Shown piece by piece: positions 1 to 9,746 of a stretch of DNA of 24,000 nt. This DNA is from Haloplasmataceae bacterium (lineage in GTDB: Bacteria; Bacillota_I; Bacilli_A; Haloplasmatales; Haloplasmataceae): positions 6,516-30,515 of the forward strand of contig JARDZP010000016.1 in the NCBI GenBank assembly GCA_029240795.1, given 5' to 3'. Positions within the stretch are counted from its first letter, which is position 1, and each line of letters starts with the position of its first letter. Position numbers and translations under genes: made by a program. Below the pieces are notes generated by a model that had not been told where the DNA came from, made no database searches, and was given only the letters and a program-made list of their open reading frames with translations.

Positions 1-433
1 TAACAATTAATTTTCTTTTACCGTGAATGAGTTCCACTTCTCCTTCAAGAATATAACCAAACTCTTCACCTGGATGTGGTGTATGTTTATAAGTAGAACC
101 ACCTGAATTTAACTCAACTAAAATGGGTTCCATCTCATTTTTTTGCGCATTTGGAACAATCCAATTAATAGTCATATTAGCTTCCTCGTCATTTTTTATA
201 AAGACATCTTCCGCTTTAAACACGATTTTTTCATCACTATCTTCTTCAAAAAACTCACTAATTGAAGTTCCTAAAGCTTCTAGGATATCGCAAAGTGTTG
301 CGATAGAAGGCGAGGTCATTTCTCTTTCTAATTGTGATATAAAACCTTTTGTTAATTCACAACGATCTGCTAATTCTTCTTGAGTCAAACCATTTTCCAT
401 TCTTAATCTTTTGATTTTGCTACCAATATTCAT
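1..433 (-). CDS. XRE-family HTH transcriptional regulator with C-terminal cupin domain (truncated by left window edge)
   Basis: Minus-strand frame open from ATG at 433 to the edge: MNIGSKIKRLRMENGLTQEELADRCELTKGFISQLERE...SPSIATLCDILEALGTSISEFFEE... then ...ILVELNSGGSTYKHTPHPGEEFGYILEGEVELIHGKRKLIV (HTH_3 followed by cupin_2-like motif). SD-like AAGGGAG upstream. Confidence 0.9.
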   Translation of the reverse strand, partial: MNIGSKIKRLRMENGLTQEELADRCELTKGFISQLEREMTSPSIATLCDILEALGTSISEFFEEDSDEKIVFKAEDVFIKNDEEANMTINWIVPNAQKNEMEPILVELNSGGSTYKHTPHPGEEFGYILEGEVELIHGKRKLIV

Positions 434-503
434 ATCATCACTCCCTTGAGTAAAAAGTTTTACTAATTTAAACTTCAAGTTTAATTATCATAAACAATTT
501 ATA

Positions 504-531
504 ATTATATTAGATTTTCACATAATGTCAA
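504..531 (-). promoter_or_regulatory. Sigma-A-type promoter for the XRE/cupin regulator
   Basis: Minus strand TTGACA (531-526), 16-nt spacer, TATAAT (509-504), about 70 nt upstream of the start codon. Confidence 0.75.
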
Positions 532-605
532 TCGTTTTTTGTTTAAAAAAAATATTATTTTTGTTTACTATAAGTAAACCGTTTTCACGATAAATAAAAC
601 AAAAA

Positions 606-647
606 ATAATCAAAAGAAAAAGTTAATCTTCTTTAAAGACTAACTTT
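606..647 (-). terminator. Rho-independent terminator downstream of the UvrD-like gene
   Basis: Minus strand AAAGTTAGTCTT-TAAAG-AAGATTAACTTT (one G-T wobble) followed by TTCTTTT, immediately after the stop at 650. Confidence 0.7.
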
Positions 648-649
648 CA

Positions 650-2452
650 TTATTTGTTAGGTATATCTTTAATTCTTACGAATTCATTGTTGACATTTTT
701 AAATGTCAAATAATGATTAATATCATAAATAACTACATGGCTTAAATTTTGACCATTTTGTAAAATTTTACCTATTAATTCGTTATCGATATTATTATCT
801 AATATTTTTATTCCGATTAAATTCTGTTTGTCTTTAATTATAAAATCAAATAGTAAATCAACTGAAAAATCTTCGCTATTATAATTATAATTTTTAATTA
901 AATTCTCTTTAATCCAAACGATAAATTCTGATTTACGATAAATAGTTAAGGTTGATTTAATATGAAACTTAGACGCAACTTCAAAGACAAAATCGTCGTA
1001 GTTTATATTTGAAGGTAACAGTAAGTGTGATGGATCAGCAACTGAAGAGTTGATGATTAAAAAGTCTTTAGCGATACTGGTTGATAAGTAAAAGTAAATC
1101 GAATCAATATAATTGTTTGCGATATTGATTATGCGATTAATTGGTCCTACACAAAGCTTTTTATTATCAGCATCATATAAAATAACTACTTTATAATCAC
1201 AACTCACTAATTCATTTTTAGTTATAAATGTTAGTGCATCATTTTGAGAATTTTCAAAGTGTTCATATATAGTAATCACATTTATTTTATGCTGTAAACA
1301 CAAATCATGTACATCTTTTAAACTTTTTTCATCGTAGAAAATAACTAAAATATCACTTAACTTGTAATCCATATTATTGATTAATAAATCTAATCGATCA
1401 AAAAAGACTTCTTGTTTTTCATCCATACTTTTATTATAAAAATAGGTCAGAACCGATTTATTATCCATTTTATTATACTGTGAAGTATAATTTAATTTCG
1501 CGTTAATAATTTCATTATTTGTCATATTAGCTTTAATAATATTAAAAACATTACGACTATTGCGATAATTCACATCTAAAGTAACACTATTATTTATTGC
1601 TTTAAATAAAATACTATTTTTAAAATTACGATATTTATCTTTGGCTTTTAAATCATCATATGTTAATAGTAAAGAGTGTTTATCACTATTTTGATTATAT
1701 AAATAATATAGGATATCTAACTCTACTCTCGTAAAATCTTCTGTATCATCAACTAATATGATTGAAAATGTAAGGGCTAATTCATTATGTTCATAGTGTT
1801 GATATAATAAGCGTAAAAAGCTTTGGTAAAATGTTTGTTCATCAAATAAGTCTTCATTTAACACTTTATTTAAAAATTCATTATATATACTCCATATATA
1901 TTGTTTTTCTCTAAATGATAATAACCCTTTTTTAAATGATTTACGTGGTTTATTTAAATATTGCTTTAATTCAATTTTTAGAACTTCTTCCATACTTTCA
2001 TTTTCTTTTACGCAAATATTTTCCTGAATAAAATTAATTTCATTGAGTACAAACTCAACTGTAAAATCAATTTTTAAATCATTATGTAGATATTCCATGA
2101 TATCTTCAATGAATTCTTTTTTTCTTTCCGGATTAATTGTATTTTCAAATAAAGGTAAATTCATTCTTTTTAAGTACTTATGAATCAATTCATTCATTGA
2201 ATAAATATTAAACACATTATATTTTGAAGTAAATTTATTGTAATGATTTAGAGCAATCATTTTTTTTAATTCATCACTAACAATATAAACTGTTTCATTT
2301 CGTGTATGAGCATCAGCATATAATTTTTCATACTTTTTTAATAATGCTGTTGTTTTACCAACACCTGAATACCCCTCAATTAATACATTTTCAGAAATTG
2401 TTGAATTAACAATTAATTGTTGTTTATTAGATAATTCCACTTTTACCACCAC
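650..2452 (-). CDS. UvrD/Rep-like superfamily 1 helicase-related ATPase, divergent motifs
   Basis: 600 aa; Walker A ENVLIEGYSGVGKTTALLKK; DExx-like IILVDDTEDFTRVE; motif IV-like LDVNYRNSRNVFN; C-terminal IDSIYFYLSTSIAKDFLIINS at the usual YVALTRAK-L-I position. Confidence 0.65.
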   Translation of the reverse strand: MVVKVELSNKQQLIVNSTISENVLIEGYSGVGKTTALLKKYEKLYADAHTRNETVYIVSDELKKMIALNHYNKFTSKYNVFNIYSMNELIHKYLKRMNLPLFENTINPERKKEFIEDIMEYLHNDLKIDFTVEFVLNEINFIQENICVKENESMEEVLKIELKQYLNKPRKSFKKGLLSFREKQYIWSIYNEFLNKVLNEDLFDEQTFYQSFLRLLYQHYEHNELALTFSIILVDDTEDFTRVELDILYYLYNQNSDKHSLLLTYDDLKAKDKYRNFKNSILFKAINNSVTLDVNYRNSRNVFNIIKANMTNNEIINAKLNYTSQYNKMDNKSVLTYFYNKSMDEKQEVFFDRLDLLINNMDYKLSDILVIFYDEKSLKDVHDLCLQHKINVITIYEHFENSQNDALTFITKNELVSCDYKVVILYDADNKKLCVGPINRIINIANNYIDSIYFYLSTSIAKDFLIINSSVADPSHLLLPSNINYDDFVFEVASKFHIKSTLTIYRKSEFIVWIKENLIKNYNYNSEDFSVDLLFDFIIKDKQNLIGIKILDNNIDNELIGKILQNGQNLSHVVIYDINHYLTFKNVNNEFVRIKDIPNK

Positions 2453-2464
2453 CTATTATTTATT

Positions 2465-3229
2465 TTAAAAACATGTATCTACTACATTTAAACCATATTC
2501 CTTTGCTAATGATTTTGCTAATAAATCATATTTGTCATTTAATAATTTTGGATTATGACAATCTGAATTAACGAGTACTTTTACATTATATTCTTTTATT
2601 ATATCCCAAAACGGCTTATATGGGTAGAGATAACGTTCTTCATTATGTACCTTTTTTATTCCTCTACGTAACCCGTTCGCGTTAAATTCTAAAATAAAAT
2701 CATATTCTATACATAATTCAGCTAATCTTTTTGTATATTCTTTGGCTACATCATTAAAATTATAAGTAAAACCAAAAAGATCAGGATGAGCGACAAACTT
2801 AAAATACTTGGACTTAACTCCTTTAAAAATTGTTTCAAAATAACCAATTAACATCGTGTCATTTTGGATATCAAAGGCACTATAATAATTATTTTTATAA
2901 AAATAGTTATGTGGTGCTAAAATCAAATAATCGAGTTTAGTTAGTAATTCCTTGTAGTAATCGTTGAATTCTTCATAAAATTCAATTTCTAATCCTGAAT
3001 AAACTTTAATTTGCTTATGAAATTTTTGCTTAGCTTCATTAACTTCCTCAATGTATCCATTTAACTCAGACATATCCATTCTATCTTTATGGTACTTTGG
3101 CATCGGAGCATGATCTGAAATACCTATCATATCGTATTTCTCTTCTATTGCCTTTTCCACATAATCACTCACATTACCACTTGCATGTTTGCATCGTACA
3201 TTATGTGTATGAAAATTTGTCAACATCAT
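2465..3229 (-). CDS. PHP-domain phosphoesterase, histidinol-phosphatase (HisJ/HisK)-like
   Basis: 254 aa; N-terminal NFHTHNVRCKHASG, GISDHAPMP, SGLEIEFYEEF, HPDLFG, NSDCHNPKLL metal-binding motifs typical of PHP family. Confidence 0.8.
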   Translation of the reverse strand: MMLTNFHTHNVRCKHASGNVSDYVEKAIEEKYDMIGISDHAPMPKYHKDRMDMSELNGYIEEVNEAKQKFHKQIKVYSGLEIEFYEEFNDYYKELLTKLDYLILAPHNYFYKNNYYSAFDIQNDTMLIGYFETIFKGVKSKYFKFVAHPDLFGFTYNFNDVAKEYTKRLAELCIEYDFILEFNANGLRRGIKKVHNEERYLYPYKPFWDIIKEYNVKVLVNSDCHNPKLLNDKYDLLAKSLAKEYGLNVVDTCF

Positions 3230-3539
3230 TTTTTCAACTTCTTTCTATATTGTCTCAACTTTAAAATCATATTTCTGCAATAATAAAACAATAAATAGTA
3301 CATTTAATGTTGATAAGAGAATAAATAAAATAAAGATAATACACATTAAAATCACTTATAACACGGTAAAGTAACTTTAAAGCAATATAGATTGTATAAG
3401 TGGTGATATAAATTGACTGAACTTAATCGTAATGAAAAAAGTAGAGTTTTTGAGAAGATTTAATATTCGTTACAATCCCCTAAAGTGGTATAAATAAATA
3501 GTGTGAACATAAAAATAATGTTGCCTTTCCTATTTTACA

Positions 3540-4544
3540 TTAGAATGTTTGGTACTTGCCTATGCGCATTTTACGCCACTTAGCCGAGCGTCCTTTACCA
3601 GTTGGCTCAATAATTCCCTTTTCGCGTAAACTTTTAAGCGAGCGATTTATTGTTGAATCACTGATGTATGGATTAAAACTTCGTATATCTTCTTTAGTAA
3701 AAGTTGTTGTAAAACTGTTTACAATTTGTTCAACTAATTCTTCTTTACTAAATTCTTTATCACTTTGAAAATTTCTACATAATTTTTCTAAGTTAGAATA
3801 CATCATATTCAAAGTATCCATGATAAATATATTAAAATAATGATATTGAGGTAAGCCAATGCCCCAATTTAAAGAAGACTTATTTACTGCTTCAACAAAT
3901 TTTTCTTCATCATTAAAAATTGCATTTATGAAACTTACGTGATCGACAATTTTAAAGCCATATTGTTTTAATAAAAGTAATAAAATAACTATACCAATAT
4001 ATTCGTTATAATTATCAAAAATCCTTAAATTAATGAAATCAATGGTAAATGAACAAAACAAAGTGATTAACTCACATTCATTTTCAGCGATTAGTTTATT
4101 AAATTGTGTAATTAAATTATCAAATTCAGCTTTTTTTTCTACTCGATTTCGTTTTTTATCAATACAAGAATTAGGATCATAATCTTTAAAGATAAACTCT
4201 TGTATTTCTATGATTCCACTAGAGGTTAATTTCCAATTTGATTCAGCTTTATGCATGATTTGAAATGATTTTAATAAGTTTGTTATTAACTTTTCTTTAC
4301 GATTTGAAGGTGTAAAATCTTGTTGAGTAAGTAATTTATACTTTTGATTAGATATATCAATATGAAGTAAATGACCAGAGAATTCAGCATCATTTTCAAT
4401 CACGGTTTGTTTTATTACTTTAATATCATTTGCAATTAATGAATTATAATATAGCTCTTTTCCTTTATTTTCATATAGTTTTGCTATTTTTGCTATTAAT
4501 TGTGGTGAAAAAGGTGAGGTCTTTATATTTGGAAAAAAAAACAT
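3540..4544 (-). CDS. Fic-fold-like protein with degenerate catalytic motif and C-terminal winged helix-turn-helix
   Basis: 334 aa; FINLRIFDNYNEYIGIVILLLLLKQYGF aligns without gaps to the Fic core FxxIHPFxDGNGRxxRxLxxLLLxxxGY; C-terminal YISDSTINRSLKSLREKGIIEPTGKGRSAKWRK resembles wHTH. SD-like AGGGGGG upstream. Confidence 0.6.
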   Translation of the reverse strand: MFFFPNIKTSPFSPQLIAKIAKLYENKGKELYYNSLIANDIKVIKQTVIENDAEFSGHLLHIDISNQKYKLLTQQDFTPSNRKEKLITNLLKSFQIMHKAESNWKLTSSGIIEIQEFIFKDYDPNSCIDKKRNRVEKKAEFDNLITQFNKLIAENECELITLFCSFTIDFINLRIFDNYNEYIGIVILLLLLKQYGFKIVDHVSFINAIFNDEEKFVEAVNKSSLNWGIGLPQYHYFNIFIMDTLNMMYSNLEKLCRNFQSDKEFSKEELVEQIVNSFTTTFTKEDIRSFNPYISDSTINRSLKSLREKGIIEPTGKGRSAKWRKMRIGKYQTF

Positions 4545-4690
4545 ATTTATTCCCCCTTTTTTTAGGTATATTTTAATTATAGCTGATTTGAATTGATTTG
4601 AAAATAATTATTTACTAATTTTGTTAAAAATCATCAAATAAATATACTCAAGTTTTTATAATGGGTAAAATAAAATGCATTATTATGTAT

Positions 4691-4720
4691 AAAAAAAGAC
4701 TTTCCTTTTGGGAAAATCTT
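4691..4720 (-). terminator. Rho-independent terminator after the small membrane protein
   Basis: Minus strand AAGATTTTCC-CAAAA-GGAAAGTCTT then TTTTT, just downstream of the stop at 4727. Confidence 0.7.
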
Positions 4721-4726
4721 AAGTTT

Positions 4727-5059
4727 TTATAGAATTACAAAATTAAAAACAGTAAATATAACAGTAAAACCAATCAAATACAAAACTGCATTTAAAATAA
4801 ACTTAAATGGCCCTTTAAATACACCTTTAATATCACCACCGATGATATCAAGACCTAAAAACATAATAGTAAAAATTAATATTTGTTTAGTACTTCCCAA
4901 ATGTTTGGTAAAAAAATCACTCGTATAGTCATGTAATGGGGATGGAGTTTTGAGCTTGTCCATTAAGAAATCTAAATTGTTAGTGGTAATAAACTTAAGT
5001 AAATAATTACCTAAAATGAATGCTAATGAAAACCATAAAATTTTAACGATTGTCTTCAA
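4727..5059 (-). CDS. Small hydrophobic membrane protein of unknown function (TTG start preferred over the track start at 5104)
   Basis: In-frame TTG at 5059-5057 preceded by AGGGGGATCAACC; product (M)KTIVKILWFSLAFILGNYLLKF... with multiple hydrophobic segments. The 15 upstream codons in the track lack a positioned SD. Confidence 0.6.
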   Translation of the reverse strand: MKTIVKILWFSLAFILGNYLLKFITTNNLDFLMDKLKTPSPLHDYTSDFFTKHLGSTKQILIFTIMFLGLDIIGGDIKGVFKGPFKFILNAVLYLIGFTVIFTVFNFVIL

Positions 5060-5133
5060 GGTTGATCCCCCTATAAATATTATATATTTTACATAATTAT
5101 ACAATATTTACCATTTTTAGTCAATTATGAATC

Positions 5134-7665
5134 TTATTTATCGCTAAAATTATCTAAATCAAACTCTATTTGTTTAACTTTTTCTTCTTTATTTACTTTA
5201 GTAGTCGGTCTGTTAATCACTTTAGGTGTAAAATTAACAGATTTATTCGTTGATAATTCAATAACTGATTTTAAATTTATGTTTTCATTAAATTTTTCAT
5301 ACAATTTACCATTACTTGGTATTTCTGAATAAGAGTTAATATTATTTTTAATTAAATCAAAAGCTTCATCTATTTCAACCATAAAATTGTCATTATTATC
5401 GACTAGTACTGCCCCAATATATTCATGAGAATTCTTTTTAAGTGATTTAAGAGTCATTTGTCCCCTATTTGTTCTTACTGAAAAATCAATATCTTGATGT
5501 TTAATCTTCTTAATATTCCCTCGTTGTGTTAATAATACTAGATCATAATTATCATTATAAATATATACAAATGCTACTACTACATCATTTTCTTTTAAAT
5601 TGATACTCTTAACACCAGCAGCTTTAAGTCCAATAATAGGAACTTGACTTTCATCGTATTTATTGATGTAACCTTGTTTTGTAATCAATAATACTTCACG
5701 ATCTTTATCATCAGACAAATAAACATTTAATAAAGCATCATCTTCCGATTTTAAATTAATCGCTGTGTATGTTTTGTTATTTCGAGATGTATTAAACTCA
5801 ATAAGGTTAGTTCGTTTAATGTATCCTTCTTTGGTCGCTAATATAATTTGTTTACTATCTTCAAAATTACTAACTTGAATCACTTTTACAATAAATTCAT
5901 CAGGTTCAATACGGATAAAATCATTTAAATGTTGTTTAAATTCATTTTTAACTATTTCTATTTGATGAACATTTAGAAGCGCATAATTTCCTTTGTTTGT
6001 AAAGATAAGTAATTTGTCTAAGGTATTAACCATTAAATTGCCGATGATATAGTCTTTTGTAGTTAAACTACTACTATCAATTTGAATTTGTTCGTTAGGT
6101 TTTGCTCTTAATGCTCTAATATAACCTTGTCGTGTTATATTAAATAATACCTCTTCTGATTTAATCATCTCGATTTTTTCTATTTGAATTTCTTCAATAT
6201 TTTGTTGAATTTCGGTTCTACGCGGTGATTTATATATTTTTTTAATATCTTCCATTTCTTTTATAATCACTTGAACGAGTATTAATTCATTATTAATTAT
6301 TTCCAGTAATTCGGCGATATATTTAGTTAGTTCATCAGATTCTTCAATTAATACAGCAACATCTGTTGAAGATAAACGGTAAAGTTGTAATGTCACGATT
6401 GCTTCAGCCTGTTCTTGTGTAAAACCAAATTTAGCGATAATATTTTCTTTTGAATCCGCTTTATTTTTAGAAGCTCTAATCGTATGAATGACTTCATCTA
6501 AGATGGACACCATTTTTATAAGTCCTTCTAAGATGTGAAGTCTTTTACGTGACTTAGTTAACTCGTAATTTGAACGATTAAGCACGACTTCTTTTTGATG
6601 TTCAATATAAGCATCCATTATACTTAGTATTCCCATTTGTTTGGGATGTTTGTTGTGAATAACAATCATATTATAGTTATAATTGATTTTTAATTCAGTA
6701 TTTTTTAGTAAATAGTTAACGATTAAATCTTTATTTGCATCTTTTTTTACATCAAGTGCAATTCGTAATCCATCTTTATCAGACTCGTCACGCACTTCTT
6801 CTAAATCATCTAATATCTTTTCTATACGAATATCTTCCATTTTTTTAAGTAAAGTAGATTTATTAACTTCATATGGAATTTCCGTAATGACAATTTGACT
6901 TTTCTTATCATCGTATTCGTATTTACAGCGAATAACAACTTTTCCTCTTCCCGTTTCAAAAGCCGATTTTATCCCTTCAATTCCTTGTACGATTCCACCT
7001 GTTGGGAAATCAGGACCTTGAACGATTTTCATAATATCATCCAATGAACAAAGGGGATGTTTTAGACGGTAAACTGTCCCAGATATAATTTCTTCTATAT
7101 TGTGTGGTGGAATGTCAGTCGCATATCCTGCTGATATTCCTGTTGAGCCATTGACTAAAATATTTGGAAAACGACTTGGTAGTACAATGGGTTCTGTTTC
7201 TGTATCATCAAAGTTATAGACAAAATCAACGGTTTGCTTATCAAGGTCACGTAATAATGTTTCAGCAATCTTCGATAACCTAGCTTCAGTATAACGCATC
7301 GCTGCAGGTGGGTCATTATCTATACTACCATTATTCCCGTGCATATCAACTAATGGTTCACGCATTTTCCAATCTTGACTTAAACGAACCATTGCTTCAT
7401 AGACAGATTGATCACCATGTGGATGGTAATTACCAATAATATTTCCTACCGCTTTTGCTGACTTACGAAAAATATTATCACTCGTATTTTTTTCTTTATA
7501 CATCGAATATAAAATTCTTCTTTGAACTGGTTTTAGACCATCTCTAACATCAGGTAAAGCCCGTTCTTGGATAATATGTTTCGAGTAACGAGCAAATCGT
7601 TCACTAAGAACTGTTTCAATTTTCTCGTCAATGATTTTACTTAGTTCTGTAAAGTTTTTACTCAT
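5134..7665 (-). CDS. parC: DNA topoisomerase IV subunit A
   Basis: 843 aa; LPDVRDGLKPVQRRILYSM, KAVGNIIGNYHPHGDQSVYEAMVRLSQDW, PPAAMRYTEARLS; C-terminal domain lacks a canonical GyrA box; directly downstream of parE with 1-nt stop/start overlap (TAATG). Confidence 0.95.
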   Translation of the reverse strand: MSKNFTELSKIIDEKIETVLSERFARYSKHIIQERALPDVRDGLKPVQRRILYSMYKEKNTSDNIFRKSAKAVGNIIGNYHPHGDQSVYEAMVRLSQDWKMREPLVDMHGNNGSIDNDPPAAMRYTEARLSKIAETLLRDLDKQTVDFVYNFDDTETEPIVLPSRFPNILVNGSTGISAGYATDIPPHNIEEIISGTVYRLKHPLCSLDDIMKIVQGPDFPTGGIVQGIEGIKSAFETGRGKVVIRCKYEYDDKKSQIVITEIPYEVNKSTLLKKMEDIRIEKILDDLEEVRDESDKDGLRIALDVKKDANKDLIVNYLLKNTELKINYNYNMIVIHNKHPKQMGILSIMDAYIEHQKEVVLNRSNYELTKSRKRLHILEGLIKMVSILDEVIHTIRASKNKADSKENIIAKFGFTQEQAEAIVTLQLYRLSSTDVAVLIEESDELTKYIAELLEIINNELILVQVIIKEMEDIKKIYKSPRRTEIQQNIEEIQIEKIEMIKSEEVLFNITRQGYIRALRAKPNEQIQIDSSSLTTKDYIIGNLMVNTLDKLLIFTNKGNYALLNVHQIEIVKNEFKQHLNDFIRIEPDEFIVKVIQVSNFEDSKQIILATKEGYIKRTNLIEFNTSRNNKTYTAINLKSEDDALLNVYLSDDKDREVLLITKQGYINKYDESQVPIIGLKAAGVKSINLKENDVVVAFVYIYNDNYDLVLLTQRGNIKKIKHQDIDFSVRTNRGQMTLKSLKKNSHEYIGAVLVDNNDNFMVEIDEAFDLIKNNINSYSEIPSNGKLYEKFNENINLKSVIELSTNKSVNFTPKVINRPTTKVNKEEKVKQIEFDLDNFSDK

Positions 7666-9596
7666 TATAAATTCTCCTTATTCCCAAAATTATCTTCAAG
7701 TGTAAACGCGATATTATGTTCAATCCAATCACGACGTAAATCAACATGATCTCCCATTAATATGTTAAATTGATGATCTGCTTCTATCGCATTGTCAATA
7801 GTGACTCTAATAAGTGTACGAGATATCGGATTCATTGTTGTATCCCATAATTGGTCAGCATTCATTTCACCAAGTCCTTTAAATCGTTGAATTGTATAAT
7901 TACCACGTAATTTTTTGGTTTTTAATTCTAATTCTTCATCTGTATAAGCATAGTCAAAACCAGTTTTTTTATTCACTTTATATAAGGGTGGAAGTGCTAT
8001 GTATACCTTTTTATTTTCAATTAATTGAGTCATGTATCTAAAAAAGAAAGTTAACAAAAGAATTTGAATATGGGCTCCATCGGTATCAGCATCGGTCATA
8101 ATAATGATTTTATCGTAATTAACCTTTTTGATATTGAAGTCAGCACCAAAACCACATCCAATTGTATTTATCAGGACATTAATTTCTTCATTTTTTAACA
8201 TTTCATCAACTTTTGCCTTTTCAGTATTAATAACTTTACCACGAAGTGGCAATATGGCTTGAATTTTTTTGTCTCTACCCTGTTTGGCACTACCACCTGC
8301 TGATATACCTTCGACAATAAATAATTCACGACGTTTGGCATCCTTTGATTGTGCTGGAGTTAATTTTCCGTTTAAATTCACATTTGTTTTGACTTTTTTA
8401 CCTAAACGGACAATTTCACGTGCTTTTCTTGCTGCTTCACGAGCGTTACTTGCTTTTACCGCACGTAGAATAATATCATTTATCATATCCGGATTTTTGG
8501 TAAAATAAAGAGTTAATTCATCATATAATACATTCTCGACAGCTTGTCTAGCTTCTGGAGTTCCTAATTTACTTTTCGTTTGACCTTCAAATTGAAGTAA
8601 GTTTTCAGGAATTCTCACCGAAATAACACAGGTTAACCCTTCTCTAATGTCAGTACCTTCCAAATTCTTATCTTTTTCTTTTAGTAGATTGTTTTTACGG
8701 GCAAAATCATTCACTAATTTAGTTAAAATCGATTTTGCACCTATTTCATGTGTTCCACCATCTTTTGTTTTTACGTTATTAACGAAAGACAAAAAGTTCT
8801 CAGAATATGAATCAACATACTGAAACGCAAAATCTACCTCAATTGTAGAACTTGCACCAGTAACATCAACTATATTATGTAAAGGCGTTTTATCTTTATT
8901 TAAAAACTCGACAAAAGCTTCAATTCCATTTTCATAATAATATTCTTCAGTTTTACCGATTCTTTTATCAATAAGGATAATTTTTAACCCTTTTAATAAA
9001 AAAGCAGACTCTCTAAATCTTTCTTCTAATATTTCAAACTTAAACTTTGTGGTAGAAAAAATCACAAGATCAGGCTTAAAGGTTACTTTTGTTCCTGTTT
9101 TATTCGTTTTTCCTATTTCTATAAGTGGTGATACGACTTTACCACCATTATCAAATCTTTGTTTAAAGACCTTTCCATCTCTTTTTATTTCAACTTCAAG
9201 ATATTCACTTAAAGCATTTACAACTGACGCACCCACTCCGTGAAGCCCGCCCGATGACTTATAACTATTACCATCAAATTTACCTCCCGCATGGAGCATA
9301 GTATAAATTACTTGTGGAGTAGGCTTGCCGGTTTTGTGCATCCCTGTAGGAACTCCTCGGCCATCATCCTCAATAATAATACTATTATCGTTATTTATGG
9401 TTACTGTAATTCTATTACCGAATCCTTGTAAGGCTTCATCTATAGAATTATCTACAATTTCGTATACTAAATGATGTAAACCCTGGTAATCTGTAGAGCC
9501 AATGTACATTCCAGGCCTTTTGCGAACAGCTTCCAATCCTTCAAGTACTTGAATAGACTCCTCGTTGTAGCTTAAATTTTGTGACATTTTTTTCAC
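7665..9596 (-). CDS. parE: DNA topoisomerase IV subunit B
   Basis: 643 aa; VLEGLEAVRKRPGMYIGSTDYQGLHHLVYEIVDNSIDEA, GGLHGVGASVVNALS, IMTDADTDGAHIQ, RFKGLGEMNADQLWDTTM; paired with parC. Confidence 0.95.
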   Translation of the reverse strand: MKKMSQNLSYNEESIQVLEGLEAVRKRPGMYIGSTDYQGLHHLVYEIVDNSIDEALQGFGNRITVTINNDNSIIIEDDGRGVPTGMHKTGKPTPQVIYTMLHAGGKFDGNSYKSSGGLHGVGASVVNALSEYLEVEIKRDGKVFKQRFDNGGKVVSPLIEIGKTNKTGTKVTFKPDLVIFSTTKFKFEILEERFRESAFLLKGLKIILIDKRIGKTEEYYYENGIEAFVEFLNKDKTPLHNIVDVTGASSTIEVDFAFQYVDSYSENFLSFVNNVKTKDGGTHEIGAKSILTKLVNDFARKNNLLKEKDKNLEGTDIREGLTCVISVRIPENLLQFEGQTKSKLGTPEARQAVENVLYDELTLYFTKNPDMINDIILRAVKASNAREAARKAREIVRLGKKVKTNVNLNGKLTPAQSKDAKRRELFIVEGISAGGSAKQGRDKKIQAILPLRGKVINTEKAKVDEMLKNEEINVLINTIGCGFGADFNIKKVNYDKIIIMTDADTDGAHIQILLLTFFFRYMTQLIENKKVYIALPPLYKVNKKTGFDYAYTDEELELKTKKLRGNYTIQRFKGLGEMNADQLWDTTMNPISRTLIRVTIDNAIEADHQFNILMGDHVDLRRDWIEHNIAFTLEDNFGNKENL

Positions 9597-9694
9597 CCTT
9601 TCAAGTAAATATAATTTCTATTATAAATGATTTTTGACAAAATTTGTATATAAAATAGAAAAAACTCGCGAAATTACAATTTTCTACAATTATC

Positions 9695-9722
9695 TTGAAT
9701 TTCAAAATAATTATGATATAAT
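9695..9722 (+). promoter_or_regulatory. Sigma-A-type promoter for plsY
   Basis: TTGAAT (9695-9700), 16-nt spacer, TATAAT (9717-9722), 24 nt upstream of the likely ATG. Confidence 0.75.
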
Positions 9723-9746
9723 CTATTTGTCAAGGTGGTGAAATAT

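Noticed and set aside
123-383. 86-aa plus-strand ORF
   Set aside because: Antisense to the XRE/cupin regulator, whose sense frame gives clear HTH and cupin motifs.
3230-3539. 310-bp AT-rich gap with a possible 16-codon TTG-start micro-ORF (LTELNRNEKSRVFEKI) near 3413-3463
   Set aside because: Too short, weak SD (GGTGAT), no family signature; cannot be distinguished from chance or gene decay without relatives.
3556-3768. 70-aa plus-strand ORF
   Set aside because: Antisense to the wHTH end of the Fic-like gene; no independent coding evidence.
8269-8508. 79-aa plus-strand ORF (and 9049..9243)
   Set aside because: Both are antisense to conserved parE; no SD or family signature.
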